From positions 1 to 51,839 of the forward strand of contig CAYVGY010000001.1 in NCBI GenBank assembly GCA_964451065.1: DNA of 51,839 nt, in the 5' to 3' direction. The translations under genes and the position numbers were made by a program. The stretch's first letter is position 1. Each line of letters begins with the position of its first letter. Below are positions 25,757 through 33,645 of this stretch, one piece after another. The notes below the pieces were generated by a model. That model did not search any database. It was given only the letters and a program-made list of their open reading frames with translations, and had not been told where the DNA came from. The DNA is from an uncultured Halobacteriales archaeon. Lineage in GTDB: Archaea; Thermoplasmatota; E2; JACPAO01.

Positions 25757-26736
25757 TCCTGGTAGAGCTCGCGCCGCACCCTCGGCACCAACGCCGCGAG
25801 CACGCCGCCCTCGGTCAGTTCCCGCCGATGGAGGGCGCCCCGGGTGAGGAACCCCACGGCGCCGATGGTGCTACCCACACGCGGGTCGCCGGCCACCTCG
25901 CCCAGGATGGAACTCACGGTCCGGTTCGAGAGCACATCCTTCGTGACGGGGTCCGGATAATAGAATCCTCCGCCATGGCCGCTCGTGGCGGACCCCTGCC
26001 GGTCGAGGATGGCCACGTACTGGACATCCTTCCAACGCCGCATGTGCGGGTCCCGGAGGATGCCGGCCTCGACGCCCACGCCGTACTCGGCCCGGCGCCA
26101 ACCGGCCAACGCGCCGCGCGCGCGGTTGAGGGCGCCCCGGTACGTCGCCTTCCCCTTGGGTTGCTCCGCCACGCCGCTCGAGACGTGGACCCCCCGCACG
26201 GAGACGCGAAGCCGGGGGAAGGCGCGGCGGAAGGCGTCGCGGGCGCCGAGGACCTTGGTGGGGTTGCGCGAACCGACGGCGACGCGGAGCGGGGTCAACC
26301 GCCGCCCGCGGCCATCGATGTCGCCTTGCGCGATGCGCGTGGCCGTGATGCGGAGGCCGTCACCGGAGTAGAAGTAAGGGATCGTGAAGACCTTGATGGG
26401 GGGGAGTCGGCGGCGTCGGCGCGCGGCATTGATCCCCTTCACGCGGGGAAGCGTCTCGGGCGAGACGACGATGGCGTCGTACCGCGCCTCCGTGCTTCGG
26501 CCATACGGGTGATCGATCTCGGCCACCGTGGCCGTCCAGCCCTTCCGGCGCAGGAGGGAGTGCAAGGCCCGTAGCCGCCGCGCGTAGGGACGCACGCGCC
26601 GCCCCCGCCTCGCCTGAGCGAGGCGTTGGCTCGTGAGGCCGATGAAGACCTCGTCCCCCACCTCGAACGCCTTGCGGAGCAAGGCTTCGTGCCCAACGTG
26701 GAGGCGGTCGAAGGTGCCCCCCAGGCAGACGCGCAC
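25753..26736 (-). CDS. coaD: Fusion protein: archaeal phosphopantetheine adenylyltransferase (N-terminal) + YjjX/DUF84-type non-canonical NTPase (C-terminal)
   Basis: N-terminal half: VCLGGTFDRLHVGHEALL...FIGLTS...VVSPET (cytidylyltransferase fold). C-terminal half: RVAVGSRNPTKVLGARDAF...VSSGVAEQPKGKATYRGALNRA...GVGVEAG (ITPase/XTPase YjjX signature). GTG 26736 is preferred over TTG 26844. Confidence 0.75.
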   Translation of the reverse strand: MRVCLGGTFDRLHVGHEALLRKAFEVGDEVFIGLTSQRLAQARRGRRVRPYARRLRALHSLLRRKGWTATVAEIDHPYGRSTEARYDAIVVSPETLPRVKGINAARRRRRLPPIKVFTIPYFYSGDGLRITATRIAQGDIDGRGRRLTPLRVAVGSRNPTKVLGARDAFRRAFPRLRVSVRGVHVSSGVAEQPKGKATYRGALNRARGALAGWRRAEYGVGVEAGILRDPHMRRWKDVQYVAILDRQGSATSGHGGGFYYPDPVTKDVLSNRTVSSILGEVAGDPRVGSTIGAVGFLTRGALHRRELTEGGVLAALVPRVRRELYQE

Positions 26737-26771
26737 GCGGCTCGCAGGCGCCTTCGGGACTTCAGCGTTTC

Positions 26772-27428
26772 CTACCGGAGCGGCGCGAGCGGTCGCCGGT
26801 CGACCCAGCCGGACCAGCCGTTCTCGAGGACGACGCGGGCCCAATCACCTTGGTTCTCGACGAGGCGGACCGGTAACCCGGGCGGAAGCGTCGTCGCCGG
26901 AGCGACGGAAGGGTCGGGCGTGGACCAGGCGGGCAGGCCCGTGGGCGGGACGGCGTGCGTGGGACCCGCCGGAGGGGCTGGGGGTGCCGGTGCCGCCGGA
27001 GGGGGCGAAGCCGTTGGCGGCCCGGAACCGTACGGTTGGAACAGGGCGAGCTCTTGGTCGGCCGCCTCGACGTCCTTGTGGAAGCGCTTGTGCACGTGCA
27101 TGGATTCGCTGCCGATCATGGTCCGGGCCCAGAGCCCCGACAGGGGCGCGCCGAGCCGCATCCCTCGCGGGTAGCGCTGGTGGAACCCTTTCGGTTTCGT
27201 CGGCGTCCATAGGCCGGCCCGGAAGACCGCGACTTCGCGGTCGGTGACGGCCACGATGTAGTACTTGATCCAGAACAACACGAGATAGGTGAGGAAGAAC
27301 CAGTAGGGGGAAGGGCCCGTCTGCGCGAGGAACACTTGTCGGACTTGTTCGCCGGGTTCGAGGAGGGGTGTGACGCGTTCGCGAAGCTTGTCCCTCAGTG
27401 CCACGATCTTCCGCCTCTTCGAACCCAC
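26772..27428 (-). CDS. Membrane protein with Pro-rich linker and C-terminal SH3b-like domain
   Basis: One hydrophobic hairpin (SPYWFFLTYLVLFWIKYYIVAV), then PPTASPPPAAPAPPAPP, then PVRLVENQGDWARVVLENGWSGWVDRRPL, which is SH3b-like. GTG start. Confidence 0.55.
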   Translation of the reverse strand: MGSKRRKIVALRDKLRERVTPLLEPGEQVRQVFLAQTGPSPYWFFLTYLVLFWIKYYIVAVTDREVAVFRAGLWTPTKPKGFHQRYPRGMRLGAPLSGLWARTMIGSESMHVHKRFHKDVEAADQELALFQPYGSGPPTASPPPAAPAPPAPPAGPTHAVPPTGLPAWSTPDPSVAPATTLPPGLPVRLVENQGDWARVVLENGWSGWVDRRPLAPLR

Positions 27429-27540
27429 GCGGTCCGGACGCGTGGACCATGCGGCGTCCCCCTAAAGCGGTTTGGCCGTCGCGGCCGGGGCGCCCAAAGG
27501 AAGCCTTCATTAGTCGGGACCCTTTCAACGCGGCCGCCAA

Positions 27541-28389
27541 ATGGCCAAGCACATCGCGGTCATCGGTGCCGGCAATATGGGCACCGCGCTTCTGCGGGGC
27601 ATCCTCCACTCGAGCTGGGGCAAGAACCAGGACATCTGGGCGAGCCACCCCAAGCGGGAAAAGATCAACGCGCTCGCGAAAGAGCTCGACGTTCATTGGA
27701 CCCAAGACAACGCGGAGGCCGCGCGCAAGGGCGACATCCTCGTGCTCGCGGTGAAGCCGCAGATTATGGACAAGGTCTTGGCAGAGATCCGCGACGTCGT
27801 GACGCCCAAGAAGCTGGTCATCTCCATCGCGGCCGGCTACACGACGGCCCGGCTCGAGCGCAACCTCGCCAAGAAGGTCCCCGTGGTGCGCGCCATGCCG
27901 AACGTGGCCGCGGTCGTGAAGCTTGGCGCCACGGCGATCTGCCGGGGCGAGCACGCCTCCGACGAGGACGTGAAGGAGGCCCGGCGCATCTTCGAGGCCG
28001 TGGGCACCGTCGTGGAACTCGGCGAGTACCAGCTCGACGCGGTGACGGGCCTCTCGGGCACGGGTCCGATGTACATCTTCCAGATCATCGAAGGCCTCTC
28101 GGACGCCGGCGTCCGCGTGGGCCTTTCGCGCGACGTCGCCACGCAGCTCACGATCCAGACCGTGCTCGGCGCGGCCAAGATGGCGCAGGAGCTCAAGCAG
28201 CACCCCGGCGTCCTCAAGGACCTCGTCACGAGTCCCGGCGGCACCGCCATCGCCGCCCTCCACAGCATGGAACGCAACGGTCTTCGCGCGCTCCTCATGG
28301 ACGCGGTGCAGGCGGCCACGGAACGAAGCCAGGAACTGGGCCGCGCCCAGGCGCAGGCGGACGCCGCCAAGGCAACAACAGGGCGGTAG
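27541..28389 (+). CDS. proC: Pyrroline-5-carboxylate reductase
   Basis: IAVIGAGNMGTAL, LAVKPQ, RAMPN and GLSGTGPMY...SPGGTA are the ProC motifs. Confidence 0.9.
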   Translation: MAKHIAVIGAGNMGTALLRGILHSSWGKNQDIWASHPKREKINALAKELDVHWTQDNAEAARKGDILVLAVKPQIMDKVLAEIRDVVTPKKLVISIAAGYTTARLERNLAKKVPVVRAMPNVAAVVKLGATAICRGEHASDEDVKEARRIFEAVGTVVELGEYQLDAVTGLSGTGPMYIFQIIEGLSDAGVRVGLSRDVATQLTIQTVLGAAKMAQELKQHPGVLKDLVTSPGGTAIAALHSMERNGLRALLMDAVQAATERSQELGRAQAQADAAKATTGR

Positions 28390-28395
28390 CCGCCG

Positions 28396-28422
28396 CCCCA
28401 CGCTTGGGTTTCTGGCGTGGGG
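28396..28422 (+). terminator. Hairpin (8-bp stem CCCCACGC/GCGTGGGG, 11-nt T-rich loop) between proC and tRNA-Thr
   Basis: Read directly; function is inferred only from its position after the proC stop. Confidence 0.25.
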
Positions 28423-28431
28423 CCCTCAATT

Positions 28432-28504
28432 GCCACCGTAGCTCAGTCGGTAGAGCAGCCGCCTTGTAAGCGGCAGGTCGGGGATTCGATTTCCCCCGGT
28501 GGCT
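28432..28504 (+). tRNA. tRNA-Thr (anticodon UGU)
   Basis: GCCACCGTAGCTCAGTCGGTAGAGCAGCCGCCTTGTAAGCGGCAGGTCGGGGATTCGATTTCCCCCGGTGGCT folds as a cloverleaf. Anticodon loop is CTTGTAA. Confidence 0.9.
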
Positions 28505-28505
28505 T
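28455..28505 (+). repeat. 51-bp direct repeat, copy 1 (tRNA-Thr from the D-stem 3' strand to 1 nt past the discriminator)
   Basis: gcagccgccttgtaagcggcaggtcggggattcgatttcccccggtggctt is identical to 29458-29508. Confidence 0.9.
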
Positions 28506-29457
28506 CCGCCCAACAAAGTAATGGGTTGGGACCGTCATTTTGAAGGGGCGGAAAGGTTGATGACCGCTATTCCGCTACCGGGAATGGTGACAGGTTGAGG
28601 GTAATTTTCTTAGGGGTATTCGTCCAAGCGGCAGCCATTATTCTAGGAGGCTCGATTGCGTCTCCGGTCCAGGCCACGGAGGGCGGCGTTCTGGACGAGG
28701 TTACGTACGAGCTACAAACGGGGGATCTCTTTCCAGACGAGGAAAGCGTCGACCTTTCTTTCTCCTACTCGTCGTTCGTAAACTGGGGGCTTCAACCGGG
28801 AAATATTCGAGCTGGTAAGAGCCTCGAGCGGTTCGTGGAACCCGAAGCAGGCGCGGCAACTTGGACGATTAGCTATTCGTATTCTCCCGTTTGTTGTCCG
28901 GGCCAAAATTGGACCGGGACGAAGACGATCGAAATGGAAGCGCGCGTCGGGTGCGTTCCGGTTTCTTGGATGGATGAGAACGGAGTCACCTACACGATAA
29001 CGTTTTGTGCCGAGTATAGGGCCGCCAACGACCTGAGTGGCCAGGGAAGCATTTCTCCTGCCTCTAATTCATGGGATTCCGATTGGAATCCCAAGCGAGT
29101 CGACATTGCGGCGTATTCGGACGCCGAGGCCTCGGGGACCCTCGCGCTGACGGTGAACACTTTCCTTGACGCGACCGCCAAGGGTCAGGCCGAATACTCC
29201 GGGGCGAGTATCCAATCGAATACGCGAACCATTGATTCGGCACAGGGTTCACCCAACTTCTTGCGCACCTTCCAAATCGGGGAAAAGGACCGGAACGATT
29301 CTGGCGGTTCTGGCGGAGAAACGAAAGAAGGCGGCAATGCCACGGCACCGTCCGTCGGCGTCCTCTTTGTCGCCCTCGCTTCTTTTCTTGCTGTCCGAAG
29401 AAGGAGAACGTAGGGTCGGGGCGAGGCCTCCCCTGGCCTCGGTCTCTCGCGGCTATG
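28506..29457 (+). mobile_element. Candidate remnant integrated element (about 950 bp, no integrase) in the tRNA-Thr 3' end
   Basis: Bracketed by perfect 51-bp direct repeats of the tRNA 3' part. GC is visibly lower than the flanks. It carries one CDS. Confidence 0.45.
28595..29413 (+). CDS. Secreted protein with C-terminal TM anchor + RRRR tail (islet cargo)
   Basis: TTG start. Signal peptide VIFLGVFVQAAAIILGGSIASPVQA. C-terminal SVGVLFVALASFLAV-RRRRT. Lower GC and weaker GC3 than neighbouring genes. Confidence 0.6.
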   Translation: MRVIFLGVFVQAAAIILGGSIASPVQATEGGVLDEVTYELQTGDLFPDEESVDLSFSYSSFVNWGLQPGNIRAGKSLERFVEPEAGAATWTISYSYSPVCCPGQNWTGTKTIEMEARVGCVPVSWMDENGVTYTITFCAEYRAANDLSGQGSISPASNSWDSDWNPKRVDIAAYSDAEASGTLALTVNTFLDATAKGQAEYSGASIQSNTRTIDSAQGSPNFLRTFQIGEKDRNDSGGSGGETKEGGNATAPSVGVLFVALASFLAVRRRRT

Positions 29458-29508
29458 GCAGCCGCCTTGTAAGCGGCAGGTCGGGGATTCGATTTCCCCC
29501 GGTGGCTT
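29458..29508 (+). repeat. 51-bp direct repeat, copy 2 (orphan tRNA-Thr 3' part)
   Basis: Identical to 28455-28505 and lacks the tRNA 5' part. It is followed by a 9-bp-stem hairpin TTGCGGCAA-N6-TTGCCGCAA (29508-29531). Confidence 0.9.
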
Positions 29509-29563
29509 TGCGGCAAACCACGTTGCCGCAACGGGCCTATCCCGGCGAGGACAAGAGCGTGCC

Positions 29564-30157
29564 GTGCCCGATTGCTGCCTCTTCTTCGATGACCTGCTGC
29601 GCCAACAAGTCCTCCGCCAGCGCTCCTACGAGATTCGCCCGACCGCCAACGGCGACCTGTCCTGCGTGGAGGCGTCCGCGCGACGCGGCCAGGATTGGCT
29701 GTTCGCGCGCCGCTGGGTCCGCACCACCTCTGGGCAGCGGGAACTCTACCGGCTCCTGGACCACCTGGAATCCATCGGGTTCCATTTCCGGATCTCTACC
29801 CTCATTCCCCCGGCGCGGCTCGCGTCGGAGGATCCGGAGGATTTCTCGGTCCGTGCCAGCGCCCTCCTCTCGGGTCTATCGCCCGAGGAGCGCCGACTCC
29901 ACGTCGAACTTTTCCCGGAGGAGGCAAGTCTCTTGCGCGCGGGCTACGATTGGGACAATGCGTCCGTCTACCGCGACGGGGTCGCTCTTGCGGCCGATTC
30001 GCACGGCCGCGTCATGGAGGCCGCGGGCGGAATCCTGTACGAATGGGTACGGATTCCCGCCGAGGTGACGTGGCGCCGCTATCCGCTGGAACGGATCCGG
30101 GTGTTCCCGACCCAGGCCGCCACGACCGGCGGCGACGCGGTGCCGACCAACGCCTGA
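29564..30157 (+). CDS. Hypothetical protein (197 aa)
   Basis: Strong GC3 bias. GTG start. No motif recognised. Confidence 0.55.
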   Translation: MPDCCLFFDDLLRQQVLRQRSYEIRPTANGDLSCVEASARRGQDWLFARRWVRTTSGQRELYRLLDHLESIGFHFRISTLIPPARLASEDPEDFSVRASALLSGLSPEERRLHVELFPEEASLLRAGYDWDNASVYRDGVALAADSHGRVMEAAGGILYEWVRIPAEVTWRRYPLERIRVFPTQAATTGGDAVPTNA

Positions 30158-30161
30158 GCGT

Positions 30162-30536
30162 TTACTCGTCGTGCCACGTGACCCACCAACCGACGACGAC
30201 GCCGGAAAGGCGCATCTCTTCGCGCTTCTCCACGACGGCGTCGGGGTGTTCAGCCTGCCAGGCGGTCCACCGTTGCTGGGCCGTCTGGGCATTCACGCGG
30301 CCCGAGAGCATGCGTTCCATTTCCTGGTCGGAGAGGCCCACGTATTCGCGTTTGGATTCGGATGCGGGAACTTCGCTCGATGACGGGGACGAGCCGCCGT
30401 TCAGGAGCGCGACAGTGACGAGCGCTGCGCCCGCCACCAGGAACGCGGCCAGGGCGGCCAGGAACTTGACGTTCACCTTCGGCCGCTTCTCGTCGTTGAC
30501 GTAGTTGTAGACCTTGAGGATCTTTCGGACGTCCAT
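30162..30536 (-). CDS. Membrane-anchored small protein (paralogue A; W-x2-W-x3-HP ... W-x-VTW C-terminal domain)
   Basis: FLAALAAFLVAGAALVTVALL is the anchor, followed by a Ser-rich linker and then QRWTAWQAEHPDAVV...GVVVGWWVTWHDE. Confidence 0.55.
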   Translation of the reverse strand: MDVRKILKVYNYVNDEKRPKVNVKFLAALAAFLVAGAALVTVALLNGGSSPSSSEVPASESKREYVGLSDQEMERMLSGRVNAQTAQQRWTAWQAEHPDAVVEKREEMRLSGVVVGWWVTWHDE

Positions 30537-30539
30537 GGG

Positions 30540-30851
30540 TCAGGGTCGACCTCTCTCGGCGCGGTGCGGCGGGGGGGTGCTGTCGGGCTCGGGCTCAGGT
30601 CCCGAACCCGCGATGAACACGTCGCGCAGGCATTCCACGATGTCGTCCTTGTCGATGTAGATCGCGCGGCTGCCGTGGGGGTCGGTGAGGACGGCCTCGT
30701 AAAGGACGTGGCCGTTCTCGAGGTCGACCTTGCGGGAGAGATTGATGTAGATGTCGGCGCCGCCCAGTTCGATGGTGAGCTCCTTGACGCCGGGCTGCGT
30801 CCGGCGGCCGAGGTTCAACCCCTCCGGACCCGCCTTGTGTGGTGCGGGCAT
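30540..30851 (-). CDS. Hypothetical soluble protein (103 aa)
   Basis: Its stop lies 3 nt before the start of 30162-30536. TATA-like catatac about 34 nt upstream. No motif recognised. Confidence 0.5.
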   Translation of the reverse strand: MPAPHKAGPEGLNLGRRTQPGVKELTIELGGADIYINLSRKVDLENGHVLYEAVLTDPHGSRAIYIDKDDIVECLRDVFIAGSGPEPEPDSTPPPHRAERGRP

Positions 30852-30929
30852 GTTATCCCACTCCCGCCTCCGCCCTCCGGCGGTATATGAGCCAGACGCG
30901 AAACCTAGATATGGAGGCGGGAAGGGGCT

Positions 30930-31337
30930 TCACGGGCGTTCCTCCCAAGTGACTTTCCAGGCCACGGCGATGCCTTGATCCGTGACGGGTTCGCGGGCGA
31001 CAATGCGCACGTTCGGGTGATTCTTCGTCCACTCCATCCACTCCTTGTTTACCTGGCATTCCACGAGGCAGTCATGGGTCGAGGCGTCCAGCGCGTCGCT
31101 GAGGGATCCAAAACCCACGAGGTCCTGGTGCACCAGCGGCTCGGATTGGCCGGACTGTGCGACGGGGCTCGACGACGAACCGGACGCCGCGGATTCGCGG
31201 TTCAACGCCCACGCGCCCAAGGCGACGCCGAGCACGGCAAGGCCCGCCACCACAGAAAGGAACCGAGGACTGACCCACGGGTGCGCGGCCGCTTCCTGGC
31301 GGCTGACCCGGTGGAACAGGCGGCGGATCCAACCCAT
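30930..31337 (-). CDS. Membrane-anchored small protein (paralogue B of 30162-30536)
   Basis: Only the 3' 135 codons of track ORF 30930-32570 are taken as coding; the rest is antisense to the acyl-CoA dehydrogenase. Anchor is FLSVVAGLAVLGVALGAWAL, followed by a Ser-rich linker and KEWMEWTKNHPNVRIV...GIAVAWKVTWEERP. Confidence 0.55.
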   Translation of the reverse strand: MGWIRRLFHRVSRQEAAAHPWVSPRFLSVVAGLAVLGVALGAWALNRESAASGSSSSPVAQSGQSEPLVHQDLVGFGSLSDALDASTHDCLVECQVNKEWMEWTKNHPNVRIVAREPVTDQGIAVAWKVTWEERP

Positions 31338-31463
31338 GTCGACGAACGGTTCTCGCCCGGGCGTCGATGAAAAGCATTTCGGCGAACGGCTATGAACCCG
31401 CCAACCGGCGGCCTTTTCTCGGGCTGGGCAAAGGGGAAATAAACAGGTCTCCTTGCCCGCGAC

Positions 31464-32603
31464 GTGGATTTCCGCCTCACGCGCGAACAGGAGCTCATCC
31501 GCGACACGGTTCGGCAGTTCGGCGAGAAGGAGATCTTCCCCGAGGCGTCGAAGATCGACAAGACCGGACGGTTCCCGACGAAGCTCGTGCAGCGCATGGC
31601 GGAACTGGGCCTCCTCGGCATGACGGTGCCCCAGGAGTGGGGCGGCGCCGGCACCGACTACGTGAGCTTCGCCTTGGCCGCCGAAGAACTCAACCGGTGG
31701 AGCGCTACGATGGGCGTCATCTTTGGGGCCAACAACAGCCTCACGTGCGGCCCCATCAACGCTTGGGGCACGCCCGAACAGAAGACGAGGTATCTCCGCC
31801 CGCTGGCCGAGGGTCGGCACCTGGGCGCCTACGCGCTCACCGAGCCGCAGGCCGGCAGCGACGCGGCCGCCCTGCGTACGTCCGCCCGCAAGGAGAAAGA
31901 CGGGTATGTCCTCAACGGACAAAAGACGTTCATCACGAACGGGTCCGTCGCCGACACCCTCATCGTGTTCGCCACCCTGGACCCCAAGCTCGGCCACAAG
32001 GGCATCACCGCGTTCATCGTCCCCAAGGGGACGGACGGGCTCATCATCGGCCAGGATTTTGAGAAGATGGGCCTCCACGGGTCGCCCACGAGTCAACTCC
32101 TCTTCGAAGAGTGCCGCCTCCCAGCAGAGAACCGATTGGGGCCCGAAGGCGACGGGTTCAAGATTGCTCTCGCCACCCTCGACACCGGCCGGATCATGGC
32201 CGCGGCCGGAAGCGTGGGCCTGGCCCGCGCCGCCTTCGAGGACGCGCGCGCCTACGCCCAAGAGCGCCGCACCATGGGGAAGCCCATCATCGAGCACGAG
32301 GCCATCCAGTTCATGCTGGCCGAGATGCAGACGAACATCGAGGCGGGCAGACTCCTGTACCTGCGCGCGGCGCGCCTGCGCGACGAAGGCAGGAAGATCA
32401 CCAAGGAGGCCTCCATGGCGAAGGTCTTCGCGAGCGAGATGGCGATGGACGCCACCATCAAGGGCATCCAGATCCACGGCGGCAACGGCTACATCACGGA
32501 CTACAACGCCGAGCGGTTCTTCCGCGACGTCAAGATTTTCGAGATCTTCGAGGGCACGAGCGAGATTCAACGCCTCGTGATTGCGCGGGAACTAGGATTG
32601 TAG
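31464..32603 (+). CDS. Acyl-CoA dehydrogenase (short/medium-chain type)
   Basis: GAYALTEPQAGSDAAAL, FITNG, IQIHGGNGY and EIFEGTSEIQRLVIAR are canonical ACAD motifs. GTG start with a TATA-like gaaataaac about 25 nt upstream. Confidence 0.9.
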   Translation: MDFRLTREQELIRDTVRQFGEKEIFPEASKIDKTGRFPTKLVQRMAELGLLGMTVPQEWGGAGTDYVSFALAAEELNRWSATMGVIFGANNSLTCGPINAWGTPEQKTRYLRPLAEGRHLGAYALTEPQAGSDAAALRTSARKEKDGYVLNGQKTFITNGSVADTLIVFATLDPKLGHKGITAFIVPKGTDGLIIGQDFEKMGLHGSPTSQLLFEECRLPAENRLGPEGDGFKIALATLDTGRIMAAAGSVGLARAAFEDARAYAQERRTMGKPIIEHEAIQFMLAEMQTNIEAGRLLYLRAARLRDEGRKITKEASMAKVFASEMAMDATIKGIQIHGGNGYITDYNAERFFRDVKIFEIFEGTSEIQRLVIARELGL

Positions 32604-32612
32604 CCGGCCTCC

Positions 32613-33632
32613 CTAGGCCAGGCGCAAGTCGATCGCGAACAACCGGTCCGTTGGCGAATAGGCGTGGACCGCATGCACGGCCACCGGCGTGGCCGTCCGG
32701 CCGGCTTCCTCGTGGAGCCGACGCACCATGCCGGCCACGAAGGCATCGCGTTCGGGTTCGGCGATGACCCGATAGTAGTGGAGGGTGCCGCCGGGCTTGA
32801 GGCGGCGGGCGGCTGCCACCAGGATCTCTTCGCCCCCATGGGGGAGGTTCACGATGGCGCGGTCTAGGCCGTCTAGCCCGGCCATTTTCGAGGTGGCGTC
32901 GCCTTCGATGATGTCCACGCGGTCGTCCAGCTTGTGGCGGTTCACGTTCTCGCGCAGGAGCCGGACCGCGTCCGGGTTGAGGTCGATGGCGACGACCTTG
33001 GCGGCGCGGCGCAATTTGGCGATCATCACGGTGAACGGTCCCACGCCGGCGGTGGCGTCCAGGACGGTCTCCCCGATCTGGACCATCCGGGCGACGCGGT
33101 CGTGTTCGTTGGCCAGGCGTGGACTGAAGTAGGCGCGGGCGAGGTCGAGCTTCAGTTCGGTGCCATACTCGATGTGGACGGTCTCGGTGCGCGTGACGCC
33201 GGCCAACGGCTTGAGGGTCCGGATCCGGTAGGCCCCTTGGACGCCGTCGTCGTGGAACACGCCCTTCACGTTCTTGTGGACCTTGAGGATCGCTTCCGCG
33301 ATCGCCGGGCCGAAGAGGCGTAGCGGCTCCGGGATCTTGATGACAACGAGGTCGCCCACGATGTCGAAGCTCGTCGGGAGCTCCGGCCGGTACTTGTCCG
33401 GGATCTGGACGGCGTCCTTGTAGGACCGGGGCGGACGCGTGCTTTGGAACTCGGCGACTTCCACGCTCGTTCCCGCCAGGGGCGGGTCGACGGCGCGCAG
33501 GAGGGGAATGAGAATGTGGTTCTCCCGTCGACCAATTTTTAAGTCGGGCCGTCCGATGCCGAGCGAGCGGACGATGCGCTTGGCGTCCTCCCCCAATCGG
33601 AGGGGGGCCACGAGCGCATAGGCCGTCGTCAC
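32613..33632 (-). CDS. trm5: tRNA (guanine37-N1)-methyltransferase Trm5 (Met-10 family)
   Basis: SFDIVGDLVVIKIPE...YFSPRLANEHDRVA...VLDATAGVGPFTVMIA...AIDLNPDAV. GTG 33632 is preferred because track start 33722 would overlap dph5. Confidence 0.75.
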   Translation of the reverse strand: MTTAYALVAPLRLGEDAKRIVRSLGIGRPDLKIGRRENHILIPLLRAVDPPLAGTSVEVAEFQSTRPPRSYKDAVQIPDKYRPELPTSFDIVGDLVVIKIPEPLRLFGPAIAEAILKVHKNVKGVFHDDGVQGAYRIRTLKPLAGVTRTETVHIEYGTELKLDLARAYFSPRLANEHDRVARMVQIGETVLDATAGVGPFTVMIAKLRRAAKVVAIDLNPDAVRLLRENVNRHKLDDRVDIIEGDATSKMAGLDGLDRAIVNLPHGGEEILVAAARRLKPGGTLHYYRVIAEPERDAFVAGMVRRLHEEAGRTATPVAVHAVHAYSPTDRLFAIDLRLA

Positions 33633-33645
33633 GGGTCGAGGAAGC

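Noticed and set aside
28505-28594. TGATGA box near 28559, considered as a C/D-box sRNA
   Set aside because: No matching D box (CTGA) or terminal stem was found at an appropriate distance.
31338-32570. Upstream part of track ORF 30930-32570
   Set aside because: This part is antisense to the acyl-CoA dehydrogenase. The coding part starts at ATG 31337.
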